Shown here piece by piece: positions 18,510 through 29,338 of a stretch of DNA of 64,000 bases (positions are counted from its first letter, which is position 1; the number at the start of each line of letters is the position of its first letter). A program made the position numbers and the translations under genes. Origin of the DNA: an uncultured Alphaproteobacteria bacterium (GTDB taxonomy: Bacteria; Pseudomonadota; Alphaproteobacteria; RF32; CAG-239); the NCBI GenBank assembly GCA_944391345.1, contig CALXTE010000007.1, forward strand, positions 2,765 to 66,764. Direction: 5' to 3'. Below the pieces are notes generated by a model, which did not search any database, was not told the origin of the DNA, and saw nothing but the letters and a program-made list of their open reading frames with translations.

Positions 18510-20774
18510 CTACAGTCTTGCACCAAAGTTCAAGCGGAAAATCTCTGTTTCATCATAACTCTTCTTAACAACCGGAATAGCAAAGTCAATATCGATATTA
18601 CCCATCGGCGACTGCCAGGTCAAGCCGACACCGGTAGCCACACGCGGTGAAGAAGAATAGTAAACATCTTCGGTATTAATACCGTCCGGCTTACCAATCA
18701 TACCGACATCAACAAAGGTACGGCCGCGAATTCCGAGTTCATCCAATCCCATCGGGAACGAAAGCTCGGTTCCGCCATAGAACATCCAGTTTCCGCCCAA
18801 AGCATCATCTGTCTTTTTATCTCTTGCGCCAACACCGCCGTATTCAAAACCGCGCATATTATAACCACCCAAGAAATAACGGTTCATCAAACGAACATCT
18901 TTTCCGTTATAACCGGTAATATACCCGCCGTTAGCAAAGAACTTTAAGGTGTAATAATCGGCAAAAGTATAATATTTATAAGCCTTAGCATCAAATTTCA
19001 AGAACTTTTCGTCACCACCGGCACCGGCAATATCATTACCAAATGACAGATAGTAACCTTCTTTCGGATTGATGGCGCTGTCACGTTTGTCATAAACCGT
19101 GGTCTGTCCAAAGATAGAACCGGTATATTCCCCTTCTTCGTCTTTAATGTATTGAGAAGCATCAGAGTCAACATTGCTGATTTTATCCTGCCGCAAAGTA
19201 TAGCGAACATACTGAGACAAATCATCGGTATAATTCCACCCCAGACGCAAACGTCCGCCGGTTGATTCGGTATCATAAGAGCCTTCATCTTGATAATCTT
19301 CTTCCGTGCGGAACAAATCAATACCGGCACTTAAAGGACGGCCCATAAAATAAGGCTCGGTAAAGCTGAGGTTATAATCTTGCGCACGTTGAGAAACACC
19401 AAGATCAAGAGCAACTTGCTGTCCCTTACCCAAGAAGTTATTTTCAGTAATACCGGTTCTGATTAACGCACCGTTAACGGTAGAATAACCAACTCCGACA
19501 TTAAAATATCCGGTAGATTTTTCTTCAACATTAACATCAACATCAGCGCTATTACCGTTTGCTTTCGGTACAGTCTTAATATCAACTTTGCTGAAATAAT
19601 CCAGATTTTCAACATTACGACGAGAAGCCCTGATTTTAGCCGCATTAAAAGCATCACCTTCGGCAATACGGAACTCACGACGAATAACCTCGTCTTCGGT
19701 GCGTGTATTACCGGTAATATTAATACGGTCAACAAACACGCGCTCGCCTTCTTTTACTCTAAAGGTCAGATTAATTTTTGACTGAGCGGCATCACGCGAA
19801 AGCTCCGGAACCACATCAACAAAAGCAAAACCATGCTTGCCGAGCGCATCGGTAATGGCATAAACAGATTTTTCAACCTTGTCGGCATTATACCAATCAC
19901 CCTGCTCAACCAAAACCTCATCTTGCAAATAAGAACCGTCAACATCTCTGAGTTCAGAAACAACGGCAATATCGCCGATTTCATAGCGCGGCCCTTCATC
20001 AACAACATAAGTCAAAACAAAAGACTTTTTATCCGGACTAAGCTCTGCAATAGCTGATACAACGCGAAAATCAGCATAACCGTTTTTCAGATAAAAACGA
20101 CGCAATAACTCTTTATCATAGTTCACCCGATCGGCATCATAATTTTCCGCACTTGAAAAAATACGATACCAACGGCTTTCTTTACTCATAATCTCGCTCT
20201 GAAGCTCACTTCCGGTATAATGGGTATTGCCGATAAAATTAACCTTGTCAATCGTTGCCAAGGGGCCTTCATCAATTTCATAAACAAGGTCAACACTGTT
20301 GTTTTCGCGCTTAATAATCTTTGGTTCAACCACAACGGCATAACGCCCCGTGCGTTTATAAACTTCAAGAATACGTTGAACATCATCTTGGGCCTTGGCT
20401 TTGCTGAAAGTCGAGCGTGGCGCCAGCTGAACTTCAGAAGCCAACATATCGCTGTCCACATTATCATTACCGTCAAAATAGCGCTCGTTGATAATCGGGC
20501 TCTCAACCACCGAGATAACCAACTCGCCGCTTGGTGTAACATTAAAAGCCACATCATCAAACAAACCGGTAGCATAAAGCTGTTTCAAAGCATCATTAAG
20601 CTTTTCTTCCGAAACACTCTGCCCCGACTGAATGTTCAAATAAGACATTACCGTTTCGTTCTCAACGCGATCCAGCCCCGAAACGGAAATATCCCGAACA
20701 TAAACATCGGCAGCCGCGACTTGCGACGCCAACAGCAAACTGAACAATGAAGCCCCTAAATATAATTTTTTCAT
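18510..20774 (-). CDS. bamA: outer membrane protein assembly factor BamA
   Basis: 754 aa, signal peptide, POTRA-repeat N-terminal half, C-terminal beta-barrel. rseP-bamA context. Confidence 0.95.
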   Translation of the reverse strand: MKKLYLGASLFSLLLASQVAAADVYVRDISVSGLDRVENETVMSYLNIQSGQSVSEEKLNDALKQLYATGLFDDVAFNVTPSGELVISVVESPIINERYFDGNDNVDSDMLASEVQLAPRSTFSKAKAQDDVQRILEVYKRTGRYAVVVEPKIIKRENNSVDLVYEIDEGPLATIDKVNFIGNTHYTGSELQSEIMSKESRWYRIFSSAENYDADRVNYDKELLRRFYLKNGYADFRVVSAIAELSPDKKSFVLTYVVDEGPRYEIGDIAVVSELRDVDGSYLQDEVLVEQGDWYNADKVEKSVYAITDALGKHGFAFVDVVPELSRDAAQSKINLTFRVKEGERVFVDRINITGNTRTEDEVIRREFRIAEGDAFNAAKIRASRRNVENLDYFSKVDIKTVPKANGNSADVDVNVEEKSTGYFNVGVGYSTVNGALIRTGITENNFLGKGQQVALDLGVSQRAQDYNLSFTEPYFMGRPLSAGIDLFRTEEDYQDEGSYDTESTGGRLRLGWNYTDDLSQYVRYTLRQDKISNVDSDASQYIKDEEGEYTGSIFGQTTVYDKRDSAINPKEGYYLSFGNDIAGAGGDEKFLKFDAKAYKYYTFADYYTLKFFANGGYITGYNGKDVRLMNRYFLGGYNMRGFEYGGVGARDKKTDDALGGNWMFYGGTELSFPMGLDELGIRGRTFVDVGMIGKPDGINTEDVYYSSSPRVATGVGLTWQSPMGNIDIDFAIPVVKKSYDETEIFRLNFGARL

Positions 20775-20809
20775 ATTTCAGTATCCTTTTAATTCAAAAT
20801 TACAACACA

Positions 20810-21943
20810 TTAAGCGAACCAACGATTAATAAGTCTGGCAACATCATTCCATGTTGCATAAATCATCAATGCCATAATCAAAACAAAGCCGGAGCGAAAC
20901 AGCGCTTCCTTAAAAGATGCACTGAGCTCTCTTCTGGCCACCATTTCCAAAAAGCAAATAACAATATGCCCACCATCCAGCAACGGAATTGGAAACAGGT
21001 TAATAAGTCCGAGGTTAATAGACAGCAAAGCCATAAAGACCACAAAGTCGATCCACCCGCTTTGCTTAGAAATATCACCGGACAACTCGGCTATGCGAAT
21101 AATACCGCCCACATCTTCACCGCCGCGTTTTCCGGTCAACATCTGACCAACGCCGCGCAGGGTTGCAACCGTAATATCCCAAGTTTCAACCGACGCATCA
21201 CGAACAGCTTCCGCCAAAGACAGCGGCTCCTGGTCAAGCTCCACCACATTAACCGACTTAATCCCCAGCATCGGACGCACATTTTCAGAATTTTCCCCTT
21301 CGGCAGCATCAAGTTTTTCCAGCGTAAAATTCAAGGTTTTAACCGCATCACCGCGTTGAACCACAACCTCAACCTTGCCATCAACAGCCAAATCAACTTC
21401 ATAGCGAATGTCATTAAAGTCATTTATCTTTTTGCCATTAATTTCAAGGATTCTATCATTCTTAAGAATACCGGCTTTTTCTGCGGCTCCGCCGGAAATA
21501 ACTTCACCGACAACCGGCGGAAAAGTCATTTTTCCAAAGCTCCAAAAGATAGCGGCAAACACCAAAATAGCAAACAAATAGTTAGCAGCCGGCCCCGCCA
21601 GCGCAATCAAAATTCGCCGAGACGGCGGCATCAGCTGAAAGACATGCTTTTTTTCCTCTGCCGGCAAACTATTCAGCTTTTCCGATTCGGAAACGGAAGA
21701 TGCGTCTTCATCACCAAAAAATTTGCAATATCCACCCAAAGGAACAGCACAAACTTTCCATCTTGTTCCCTTCTTATCATTACGGCCCCACAGCTCTTTA
21801 CCAAAGCCTAATGAAAACTCATCAACTTTCACGCCCATGGCTCTTGCCACAAGAAAATGCCCCAGCTCGTGCACAAAAACCAATACGCCGAGAAGAACAA
21901 TAAACGGCACAACATAGTAAAGAATATTGCTGATAATTTCCAT
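20810..21943 (-). CDS. rseP: RIP zinc metalloprotease RseP
   Basis: 377 aa, HELGHFLVA (HExxH) in TM1, central PDZ region, LDGG motif. Confidence 0.9.
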   Translation of the reverse strand: MEIISNILYYVVPFIVLLGVLVFVHELGHFLVARAMGVKVDEFSLGFGKELWGRNDKKGTRWKVCAVPLGGYCKFFGDEDASSVSESEKLNSLPAEEKKHVFQLMPPSRRILIALAGPAANYLFAILVFAAIFWSFGKMTFPPVVGEVISGGAAEKAGILKNDRILEINGKKINDFNDIRYEVDLAVDGKVEVVVQRGDAVKTLNFTLEKLDAAEGENSENVRPMLGIKSVNVVELDQEPLSLAEAVRDASVETWDITVATLRGVGQMLTGKRGGEDVGGIIRIAELSGDISKQSGWIDFVVFMALLSINLGLINLFPIPLLDGGHIVICFLEMVARRELSASFKEALFRSGFVLIMALMIYATWNDVARLINRWFA

Positions 21944-21950
21944 AATCTGA

Positions 21951-22745
21951 CTATCCTACCACAACAAAGAAAACAATAAAACCGACAATGGCGAAAGGCG
22001 CCGCAAAAATAAGCCCGTCAACACGGTCAAAGATTCCCCCATGTCCGGGAATTAAATTGCTGGAATCTTTCAGATTCAGATGGCGTTTAATTTTTGATTC
22101 AATAAGGTCACCACATTGCGCAATCACAGCCAACACAGCAGCAAAAGCGGCAAAATAAAGAGCATAGCTCATGCCCAACAGAGCAAAATATCCATAAGAA
22201 ACCAAAGCCGAAACACAAACACCGCCAATCAAGCCGGACCAAGTCTTGTTCGGACTGATTGAAGGAGCCAATTTCGGACCTTTAACCGTAGTACCAATAA
22301 CAAATGCCCCGACATCAACGCCCCAAACGACTAAAAAGAACCAAATTAACAACAAACTATTGGTCAAAGCATAGAACCAAACCAAAGCCCCGATTCCCAA
22401 AGAAATATACGGAACTCCCAAAATCAACAAAGCCCGATGCTCTTCACCTCTTGATTTAACCGCCACCACAATTGCAGCAACGGCCATCACGGCTAAAGTC
22501 AAGAAAATAAACTCTGCCGGCATCATACAAACCACCACGACCGAAGCGGTATAAGCCGCGGCATAAAGCGCATTTTTCTTATTTGGCACCATTGTGGCCC
22601 ATTCCCAAGAAAGCAGCGTTCCGCACAAAATTGCAAACAAGTTGACAAACGGCGCCCCGAGAAAGAGCAAAAACAGTGTTATCGGCGCCAAAATAATTGA
22701 CGACACCGCACGTTTTATCAAAGAGCTTTTCTTAGACTTTTCCAT
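21951..22745 (-). CDS. cdsA: phosphatidate cytidylyltransferase CdsA
   Basis: 264-aa polytopic protein with signature SKIKRHLNLKDSSNLIPGHGGIFDRVDG. Confidence 0.9.
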   Translation of the reverse strand: MEKSKKSSLIKRAVSSIILAPITLFLLFLGAPFVNLFAILCGTLLSWEWATMVPNKKNALYAAAYTASVVVVCMMPAEFIFLTLAVMAVAAIVVAVKSRGEEHRALLILGVPYISLGIGALVWFYALTNSLLLIWFFLVVWGVDVGAFVIGTTVKGPKLAPSISPNKTWSGLIGGVCVSALVSYGYFALLGMSYALYFAAFAAVLAVIAQCGDLIESKIKRHLNLKDSSNLIPGHGGIFDRVDGLIFAAPFAIVGFIVFFVVVG

Positions 22746-23442
22746 ATCTTCTCTCCCGAGAATTAAAATTCTCTATAATTTCATCAAGTTCTTTTGCGGT
22801 AAAATCAGGCCACAGAGTCGGACTAAAAAACAATTCGGCATAAGCCGCCTGCCACAACAAAAAATTGCTGATGCGCTGTTCACCGCTGGTTCTGATGAGC
22901 AAATCCGGATCAGGCATATCTTGCGTATAGAGCATATCAGAAAACAATTTAATATCAACATCACTTTCCGACATATCACCTTTTTTTACCAAAGCGGCAA
23001 TTTTTTTTGCCACATTGACAATCTCATGACGACCGCCATAACTGATAGCCAGACACAAAACCATTCCGGTATTTTGCGCGGTATCATTCTCAAGCTTAGC
23101 AATCTGAGCCACAATATCCTTATCAAGCATATTGCGTTCACCGATAACACGGATTCGAATATTATTTTTCTGCAGCTCGGAAAAATCAGATTTCAAATAC
23201 TGGCGCAACAACCCCATAAGAGTATCGACCTCATCTTTTGGCCGATTCCAATTCTCTGTCGAAAAAGCATAAAGCGTCAAATATTTAATACCGCGCTTGT
23301 GTGCCTCCTGAGCAATTTCTTTAACGACTTCGGCCCCTTTTTTATGTCCGGCGGCACGAGGAAGATTACGCTTCTGCGCCCAACGACCATTACCGTCCAT
23401 AATAATGGCAATATGTTCTAAACTATTTTTCTTCTCAGACAT
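22732..23442 (-). CDS. uppS: undecaprenyl diphosphate synthase UppS
   Basis: 236 aa. HIAIIMDGNGRWA and RTSGEQRISNFLLWQ motifs. 14-nt overlap with cdsA. Confidence 0.95.
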   Translation of the reverse strand: MSEKKNSLEHIAIIMDGNGRWAQKRNLPRAAGHKKGAEVVKEIAQEAHKRGIKYLTLYAFSTENWNRPKDEVDTLMGLLRQYLKSDFSELQKNNIRIRVIGERNMLDKDIVAQIAKLENDTAQNTGMVLCLAISYGGRHEIVNVAKKIAALVKKGDMSESDVDIKLFSDMLYTQDMPDPDLLIRTSGEQRISNFLLWQAAYAELFFSPTLWPDFTAKELDEIIENFNSRERRYGKV

Positions 23443-23522
23443 TAATCAATAATAAAAAATTTTTTTAAGTTACGACAAAAGCAGCAACACCTTAAAGGCC
23501 TGCCGCCCCAAATTTCAAAGAA

Positions 23523-24086
23523 CTACACTTGTAAAATATCTTTTTCTTTCTGCGCCAAAAGCTCTTCAATCTTCTTAACGGCTTCATCCGTAAGCTTTTG
23601 AATTTCAGCTTCAAAACGCTTTTCATCATCTTCGGAAATAGCATTATCTTTCTTAAGTTTTTTAATTTCATCAAGGGCTTCACGACGCAGATTCCGAACG
23701 GCCACTTTGTTATTCTCGGCATATTTACCGGCCACTTTTGTAAGCTCTTTGCGGCGCTCTTCGCTAAGTGGCGGAATAGGAATACGAATAAGTTGACCGT
23801 CTGATGCCGGATTAAGCCCCAAGTCCGATTCCATAATAGCTTTTTCCACCGCCTTAGCCAAACCTCTGTCCCAAACTGAAATTGACAAAGTTCTGGCATC
23901 CGGCACACTGATTGTCCCAACCTGAGAAAGCGGCGTCATGCTGCCATAAGCTTCGACCATAATTCCATCCAATAGGTTGACATGAGCCCTGCCGGCGCGC
24001 AACCCGCCGAAATCAGACTTCAAAGAGTCGATTGTTTTATCCATTTTTGTTTTTGTTTCAGACTTAATTTGATTAAAATCAGACAT
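23523..24086 (-). CDS. frr: ribosome recycling factor
   Basis: 187 aa with typical Frr sequence. pyrH-frr context. Confidence 0.95.
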   Translation of the reverse strand: MSDFNQIKSETKTKMDKTIDSLKSDFGGLRAGRAHVNLLDGIMVEAYGSMTPLSQVGTISVPDARTLSISVWDRGLAKAVEKAIMESDLGLNPASDGQLIRIPIPPLSEERRKELTKVAGKYAENNKVAVRNLRREALDEIKKLKKDNAISEDDEKRFEAEIQKLTDEAVKKIEELLAQKEKDILQV

Positions 24087-24181
24087 GAGGTTAACACCCT
24101 ATAAAAAAAGTTTACGTTGATTACAATAATATTTATTTTAGCGCCTTTGGCAAGAAGTTTTTAAACCACGCGGAAAAAAGC

Positions 24182-24892
24182 CTATTTAATGATTGTGAAA
24201 TTTCCCTTTCCGGCCAACACTTTTTGCAAAGCATTTTTTTCATGCTGAGAGAAGACAATAATCGGGAGTTTATTTTCACGAGCCATGGCAATAGCGGTCA
24301 AATCCATCACCCCGAGCCGCTTTTCAATAACCTCATTATAAGAAATTTCATCAAACTTTTTGGCTTTAGGATTTTTCAACGGATCGGAATCATACACCCC
24401 GTCAACCTGCGTTGATTTAAGCAATGCATCACAGTCCATCTCCGATGCTCTGAGCACCGCACCGGTATCGGTCGTAAAAAACGGATTACCGGTACCACCG
24501 GCAAAAATCACGATTCGCTTTTTCTCCAGATGACGCTTTGCGCGGCGATAACGATAGCTTTCGCACACTTGCGGAATTTCCAATCCCGAAAGCACTCTGA
24601 CATCAAGCCCCATATCTTCCATAACATTTTGCAAATAAACGGCATTCATAACCGTTGCCATCATGCCGATATAATCGCCGACCGTGCGCTTAATTCCCTT
24701 AGAAGCTTCTTTCACGCCGCGAAAGATATTTCCGCCGCCCACCACAATACAAACCTCAACACCGGCCTCATAAACTTCTTTAATCTGCGCCGCCACTTTT
24801 TTGACCGCCTCTACCGAAATCCCATAGGCCCCATCACCCATAAGCCCTTCGCCAGAAACCTTAATCAGCACGCGCTTATAAATTGATTTCAT
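24182..24892 (-). CDS. pyrH: UMP kinase PyrH
   Basis: Start moved to [15 protein letters not shown] (ATG at 24892), preceded by GGGAGAAGG. The upstream 38 codons of the track ORF look non-coding. Confidence 0.9.
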   Translation of the reverse strand: MKSIYKRVLIKVSGEGLMGDGAYGISVEAVKKVAAQIKEVYEAGVEVCIVVGGGNIFRGVKEASKGIKRTVGDYIGMMATVMNAVYLQNVMEDMGLDVRVLSGLEIPQVCESYRYRRAKRHLEKKRIVIFAGGTGNPFFTTDTGAVLRASEMDCDALLKSTQVDGVYDSDPLKNPKAKKFDEISYNEVIEKRLGVMDLTAIAMARENKLPIIVFSQHEKNALQKVLAGKGNFTIIK

Positions 24893-25063
24893 AAACCTTC
24901 TCCCTGCATTCCGCCCCAAAACTTTTGCTAATAATATAAAATAAAATTTTCTAAAGTCAAAGCCATTATCGGCACCATACACAAACCCGCAAAGAGATTC
25001 TTGCAAAAGAAAATAAATTGTGCAATAACAAACAAAAGTTTAATTATCTTCAAGGAAAATATC

Positions 25064-25708
25064 ATGAGCATAGCAGTTATATTCGGCTTATCAGCACTCG
25101 GCGGATACTTATTGGGATCGATTCCTTTCGGACTGGTTTTAACCAAAATGTGCGGCCTTGGCGACATCCGCAAAATCGGCTCCGGCAACATCGGTGCCAC
25201 CAATGTTCTGCGCACCGGCCGCAAAGACCTTGCTCTGTTAACCGTATTGCTTGATGCCTTCAAAGCCGGTATTGCCGCTTGGATTGCCACAACCTTTGCA
25301 CCGGATTCTTTTTACAGCTTTTTTGGTTACATCACCACAACCAACATTGTAGCCGGATTAATTGCCGGTATCTGCGGTTTTCTCGGACACAACTTCCCGA
25401 TTTGGCTAAAGTTCAAAGGCGGCAAAGGCGTCTCTTCAGCTTTTGGTTTTATCTTGTTCACTTATTGGCCTTTGGCTTTGGTAGCACTTGGCGTATGGCT
25501 GATTGTTGCCTTCACCAGCCGCTATTCATCTTTGTCGGCCTTAACCGCTTGCGCCTGCGTTCCGTTTTTTTCTTTCTTTATGACCGATCCGGTACATACC
25601 GGTTTTTACACCGTCATGGCGCTGATAATCATTCTCAGACATCATGCAAATATCTATCGCCTTCTGCATGGTGAAGAAAGCAAAATTTCATTTAAGAAAA
25701 AAGCCTAA
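25064..25708 (+). CDS. plsY: glycerol-3-phosphate acyltransferase PlsY
   Basis: Start at MSIAVIFGL (ATG 25064, AAGGAA upstream). GSGNIGATN motif, polytopic. Confidence 0.9.
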   Translation: MSIAVIFGLSALGGYLLGSIPFGLVLTKMCGLGDIRKIGSGNIGATNVLRTGRKDLALLTVLLDAFKAGIAAWIATTFAPDSFYSFFGYITTTNIVAGLIAGICGFLGHNFPIWLKFKGGKGVSSAFGFILFTYWPLALVALGVWLIVAFTSRYSSLSALTACACVPFFSFFMTDPVHTGFYTVMALIIILRHHANIYRLLHGEESKISFKKKA

Positions 25709-26823
25709 TGATTACGGATAAGGAACGCATCGCCCAGCTTCGCTTAATCAACACCGAAAACATCGGTGCAATAACTTATCACAAATTAATAAAGCACTTC
25801 GGCAGCGCGGAAAAAGCCCTTGAAAACCTTCCGCCGCGCTTTGCTCCCTTTGCCAAAGACAAAGCCGAAGCCGAGCTTAAAAAAGCGCATAAAATCGGTT
25901 GCCGCCTCATCAGCTATGACGATGAAACCTATCCGCAAATGCTGAAACACATTGCCGACGCCCCGCCGATTATTTATGCCTTGGGCAATATTGAGCTGCT
26001 AAATCACACCCCTTCCGTAGCAATAGTCGGCTCCAGAAACGCAACCGTAAACGGCCGCAAAATGGCCTCCAGAATTGCCTATGAGCTAACCGAAGAAAAT
26101 GTCATCGTTGTTTCCGGCATGGCGCGTGGTATCGATTCGTCTGCCCACAAAGGCGCATTATATGCCAAAGGCCAGCAAGGCGCCACCATTGCGGTTTTAG
26201 GCACCGGCGTTGATATTGTTTATCCTGAAGAAAATGCCGCGCTTTATAAACAAATCATCAAACAAGGATTGATTATTTCCGAATTTCCGCTGGGAACCAC
26301 CCCTCAAGCCCAAAACTTTCCGCGCCGCAACCGCATTGTCGCCGGCATAAGCTCGGGCACTTTGGTGGTTGAAGCAAACTTGCAGTCAGGATCACTGATT
26401 ACCGCCCGCTTAGCCTTAGAACAAAATCGCGATGTTTTTGCCGTCCCCGGGTCTCCGCTGGAATCTCGCTCCGGCGGCACCAACAAGCTGATTAAAGAAG
26501 GCGCGATTTTGGTTGACAGTGCCGAAGATATCTTGCCGCACTTATCCAAACCCCTTCGCCCTCTGCCGCAAAAACAAACACCCCAAGAACAAGAATTATT
26601 TGATAATCTCCTTGACAAAGACAAAAATAATGTCGATATTCCTCAAGAGCAAGAAGGCGAAAATCTTCTGGATTATCTGAGTCGGGACGGAACTTATATA
26701 GATGATATTATCCGCCAAAGCGGCTTAGATTCGGGCACATTATCGGCAAAATTGCTTGATTTAGAGCTTGAAGGAAAGATAGAGCGTCTTCCGGGCAACA
26801 AAGTAGCATTATTAAAGAAATAA
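25708..26823 (+). CDS. dprA: DNA-processing protein DprA
   Basis: 371 aa, Rossmann-like core VVSGMARGIDSSAH. TAATG overlap with plsY. Confidence 0.9.
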   Translation: MITDKERIAQLRLINTENIGAITYHKLIKHFGSAEKALENLPPRFAPFAKDKAEAELKKAHKIGCRLISYDDETYPQMLKHIADAPPIIYALGNIELLNHTPSVAIVGSRNATVNGRKMASRIAYELTEENVIVVSGMARGIDSSAHKGALYAKGQQGATIAVLGTGVDIVYPEENAALYKQIIKQGLIISEFPLGTTPQAQNFPRRNRIVAGISSGTLVVEANLQSGSLITARLALEQNRDVFAVPGSPLESRSGGTNKLIKEGAILVDSAEDILPHLSKPLRPLPQKQTPQEQELFDNLLDKDKNNVDIPQEQEGENLLDYLSRDGTYIDDIIRQSGLDSGTLSAKLLDLELEGKIERLPGNKVALLKK

Positions 26824-26837
26824 GTGGAAAAAGAGCC

Positions 26838-29300
26838 ATGAAATTAGTTATCGTAGAGTCTCCTGCCAAAGCCAAAACCATTAACAAATACCTTGGTTCA
26901 GACTATAAAGTTCTGGCGAGCTTCGGCCATATCAGAGATTTGCCGAGCAAAGACGGCTCGGTTGATCCGGATCATGACTTTGCCATGAAATGGGAACTAA
27001 GCCCCGGAGGCAAAAAGCGCCTTGCCGACATTATTAAAGCCGTAAAAGAATGTGACACGATTGTTTTGGCATCAGACCCGGATAGAGAGGGAGAAGCCAT
27101 CGCCTGGCATATTTTAGAAGAACTGCACGCTCATAAAGTTTTGAAAGATAAAAAAATAGAGCGCGTCGTCTTTCACGAAATCACCAAACACGCCATCACC
27201 GAGGCAATTAAAAATCCGAGAAGCATTGACGATAACTTAGTATCGGCTTACATGGCACGCCGCGCACTTGATTATCTGGTGGGTTTTACCTTGTCTCCGG
27301 TTTTGTGGCGCAAGTTGCCGGGGTCAAAATCAGCCGGCCGCGTTCAGTCGGTTGCCTTAAGACTGATTTGTGACCGCGAAACTGAGATTGAAAAATTCAA
27401 ACCTGAAGAATATTGGAGCATTGACGTTGATTTATTGACCGCCAAACAAGCTCTGATAACTTCGCATTTAATTCAGCTGGACGGCAAAAAGCTCGAAAAA
27501 TTTGACATTCCGAACCAAACTTCGGCCGAAGAAGCCAAGGCTAAAATTGAAGCACAAGAATTCAGCGTTGCCTCAATTGAAAGAAAGAAGGCCAACCGCT
27601 ATCCGGCTCCACCGTTCACCACCTCAACCCTGCAGCAAGAAGCCGCGCGCAAGCTCCGTTTCTCGGCCAAGAAAACCATGCAGGTTGCACAAAAACTCTA
27701 TGAAGCCGGTATCATCACTTATATGAGAACCGACGCGGTCAATCTGTCTGAAGAAGCAATTGCCGCCTGCCGTGAAGCGATTACCAAATACTTTGGCCCT
27801 GATTATCTTCCAAAACAAGCCAAAGAATATAAAACCAAGAGCAAAAATGCCCAAGAAGCTCACGAGGCGATTCGTCCGTCCGATGTCATGAACACCCCCA
27901 AAAAGATGGAAGGAAAACTTGACCCAGACGGCTATAAGCTTTATGAACTGATTTGGAAGCGTACGATTGCCTGCCAAATGAATCCGGCAATCTTAGATAA
28001 AGTCAGCATCGACTTTAATTCTGATGATAAACAAATTGTTTTAAGAGCCAGCGGACAAGTCATTGCCTTTGACGGTTTCTTGCGTTTGTACCAAGAAAGC
28101 AAAGATGACGATAACGAGGATGAAGAAAACCGCATTTTGCCTAAGGTTGATGAAGGCGAACGCATGACCAAAGGCGAAATTCGCACCGAACAACACTTCA
28201 CCACCCCACCGCCGAGATTTACCGAAGCTAGTCTGGTTAAAAAGCTTGAAGAATTAGGTATCGGACGTCCGTCAACTTACGCGACGATTATTTCGGTTTT
28301 GCAAGAACGCAAATACGTCCGTGTTGAAAAATTGAGATTTATACCGGAAGATCGCGGCCGCATCGTGACCGTGTTCTTAGAAAACTTTTTCCGCAAATAT
28401 GTTGAATATGACTTCACCGCACAACTGGAAGAATTTTTAGATGACATCTCCGCCGGTGAAATGGAATGGAAAAAGCTTTTGAGCGGTTTCTGGGCCAAGT
28501 TCATCAAAAACATTGACGCGGTAAAACCGTTACAAATCACCGAGGTTATTGACCGCATTGATGAGGCTTTGTCACATCACCTGTTTCCGCCGCGTGAAGA
28601 CGGCAGTGACCCGCGCTCCTGCCCGATGTGCGGACAAGGAAGATTGAGCGTTAAGTTTGGTAAATTCGGCGCCTTTATTGGTTGCTCAAATTATCCGGAA
28701 TGCAAATACACCAAACCTTTGACCGATGTCAAAGACGAGGAAGAAAAAGACACGCCGCGTCCGGCCTCTGCCGAAGACAAAGAATTGGGCGAAATGAACG
28801 GCTTAAAAATATATCTTAAGAAAGGCCCTTACGGTTTTTACGTCCAGTTAGGCGAAGACGCCACGGCCACAACCGAAAAACCCAAACGTGCTTCGCTGCC
28901 TAAAAACATCACGGCAGAAGAAATCACCTTGGAACAAGCCCAAAGATTATTGAGCCTCCCCTTTGATTTAGGCGAAGGAATAATCGTCAGCAGCGGCAAA
29001 TTCGGCCCATACATCAAACAGGGAAACAAGTCAAAATCTCTGACCGGAACCGATACGATATTTAATATCACACTGGAACGTGCCAAAGAGATTTTATCCG
29101 GCGCGGTTGAGCGTCCGGCCGGCGTTGCCCTTGGCACCCACCCGAAGTTAAAGGCTGAAATCACATTGAATAACGGTCGCTACGGCCCTTACCTCAAATG
29201 CGGCAAGAGCAACTTCGCAATTCCGAAAGATATGCAGGGCAAACCCTTGAGCTTGGAAGACGCCCTTAAAATCATCGACGCCAAACAAGCTACGAAATAA
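26838..29300 (+). CDS. topA: DNA topoisomerase I (type IA)
   Basis: 820 aa. Toprim start MKLVIVESPAKAKT, active-site region ITYMRTD, C-terminal zinc ribbon CPMCG...CSNYPEC. Confidence 0.95.
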   Translation: MKLVIVESPAKAKTINKYLGSDYKVLASFGHIRDLPSKDGSVDPDHDFAMKWELSPGGKKRLADIIKAVKECDTIVLASDPDREGEAIAWHILEELHAHKVLKDKKIERVVFHEITKHAITEAIKNPRSIDDNLVSAYMARRALDYLVGFTLSPVLWRKLPGSKSAGRVQSVALRLICDRETEIEKFKPEEYWSIDVDLLTAKQALITSHLIQLDGKKLEKFDIPNQTSAEEAKAKIEAQEFSVASIERKKANRYPAPPFTTSTLQQEAARKLRFSAKKTMQVAQKLYEAGIITYMRTDAVNLSEEAIAACREAITKYFGPDYLPKQAKEYKTKSKNAQEAHEAIRPSDVMNTPKKMEGKLDPDGYKLYELIWKRTIACQMNPAILDKVSIDFNSDDKQIVLRASGQVIAFDGFLRLYQESKDDDNEDEENRILPKVDEGERMTKGEIRTEQHFTTPPPRFTEASLVKKLEELGIGRPSTYATIISVLQERKYVRVEKLRFIPEDRGRIVTVFLENFFRKYVEYDFTAQLEEFLDDISAGEMEWKKLLSGFWAKFIKNIDAVKPLQITEVIDRIDEALSHHLFPPREDGSDPRSCPMCGQGRLSVKFGKFGAFIGCSNYPECKYTKPLTDVKDEEEKDTPRPASAEDKELGEMNGLKIYLKKGPYGFYVQLGEDATATTEKPKRASLPKNITAEEITLEQAQRLLSLPFDLGEGIIVSSGKFGPYIKQGNKSKSLTGTDTIFNITLERAKEILSGAVERPAGVALGTHPKLKAEITLNNGRYGPYLKCGKSNFAIPKDMQGKPLSLEDALKIIDAKQATK

Positions 29301-29301
29301 T

Positions 29302-29331
29302 AAAAAAGCGGAGCAAATGCCCCGCTTTTTT
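29302..29331. terminator. bidirectional intrinsic terminator between convergent topA and the DUF1566-like gene
   Basis: AAAAAAGCGG-loop-CCGCTTTTTT palindrome flanked by A and T runs. Confidence 0.65.
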
Positions 29332-29338
29332 ATTATGA

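Noticed and set aside
20747-21811. Long antisense ORFs opposite housekeeping genes, e.g. 354 aa opposite rseP, 275 aa (22594..23421) opposite uppS, 176 aa (20220..20750) opposite bamA
   Set aside because: The proteins are low-complexity and N/Q/R/H-rich with no motifs. The opposite strand encodes clearly conserved proteins. These are typical shadow ORFs.
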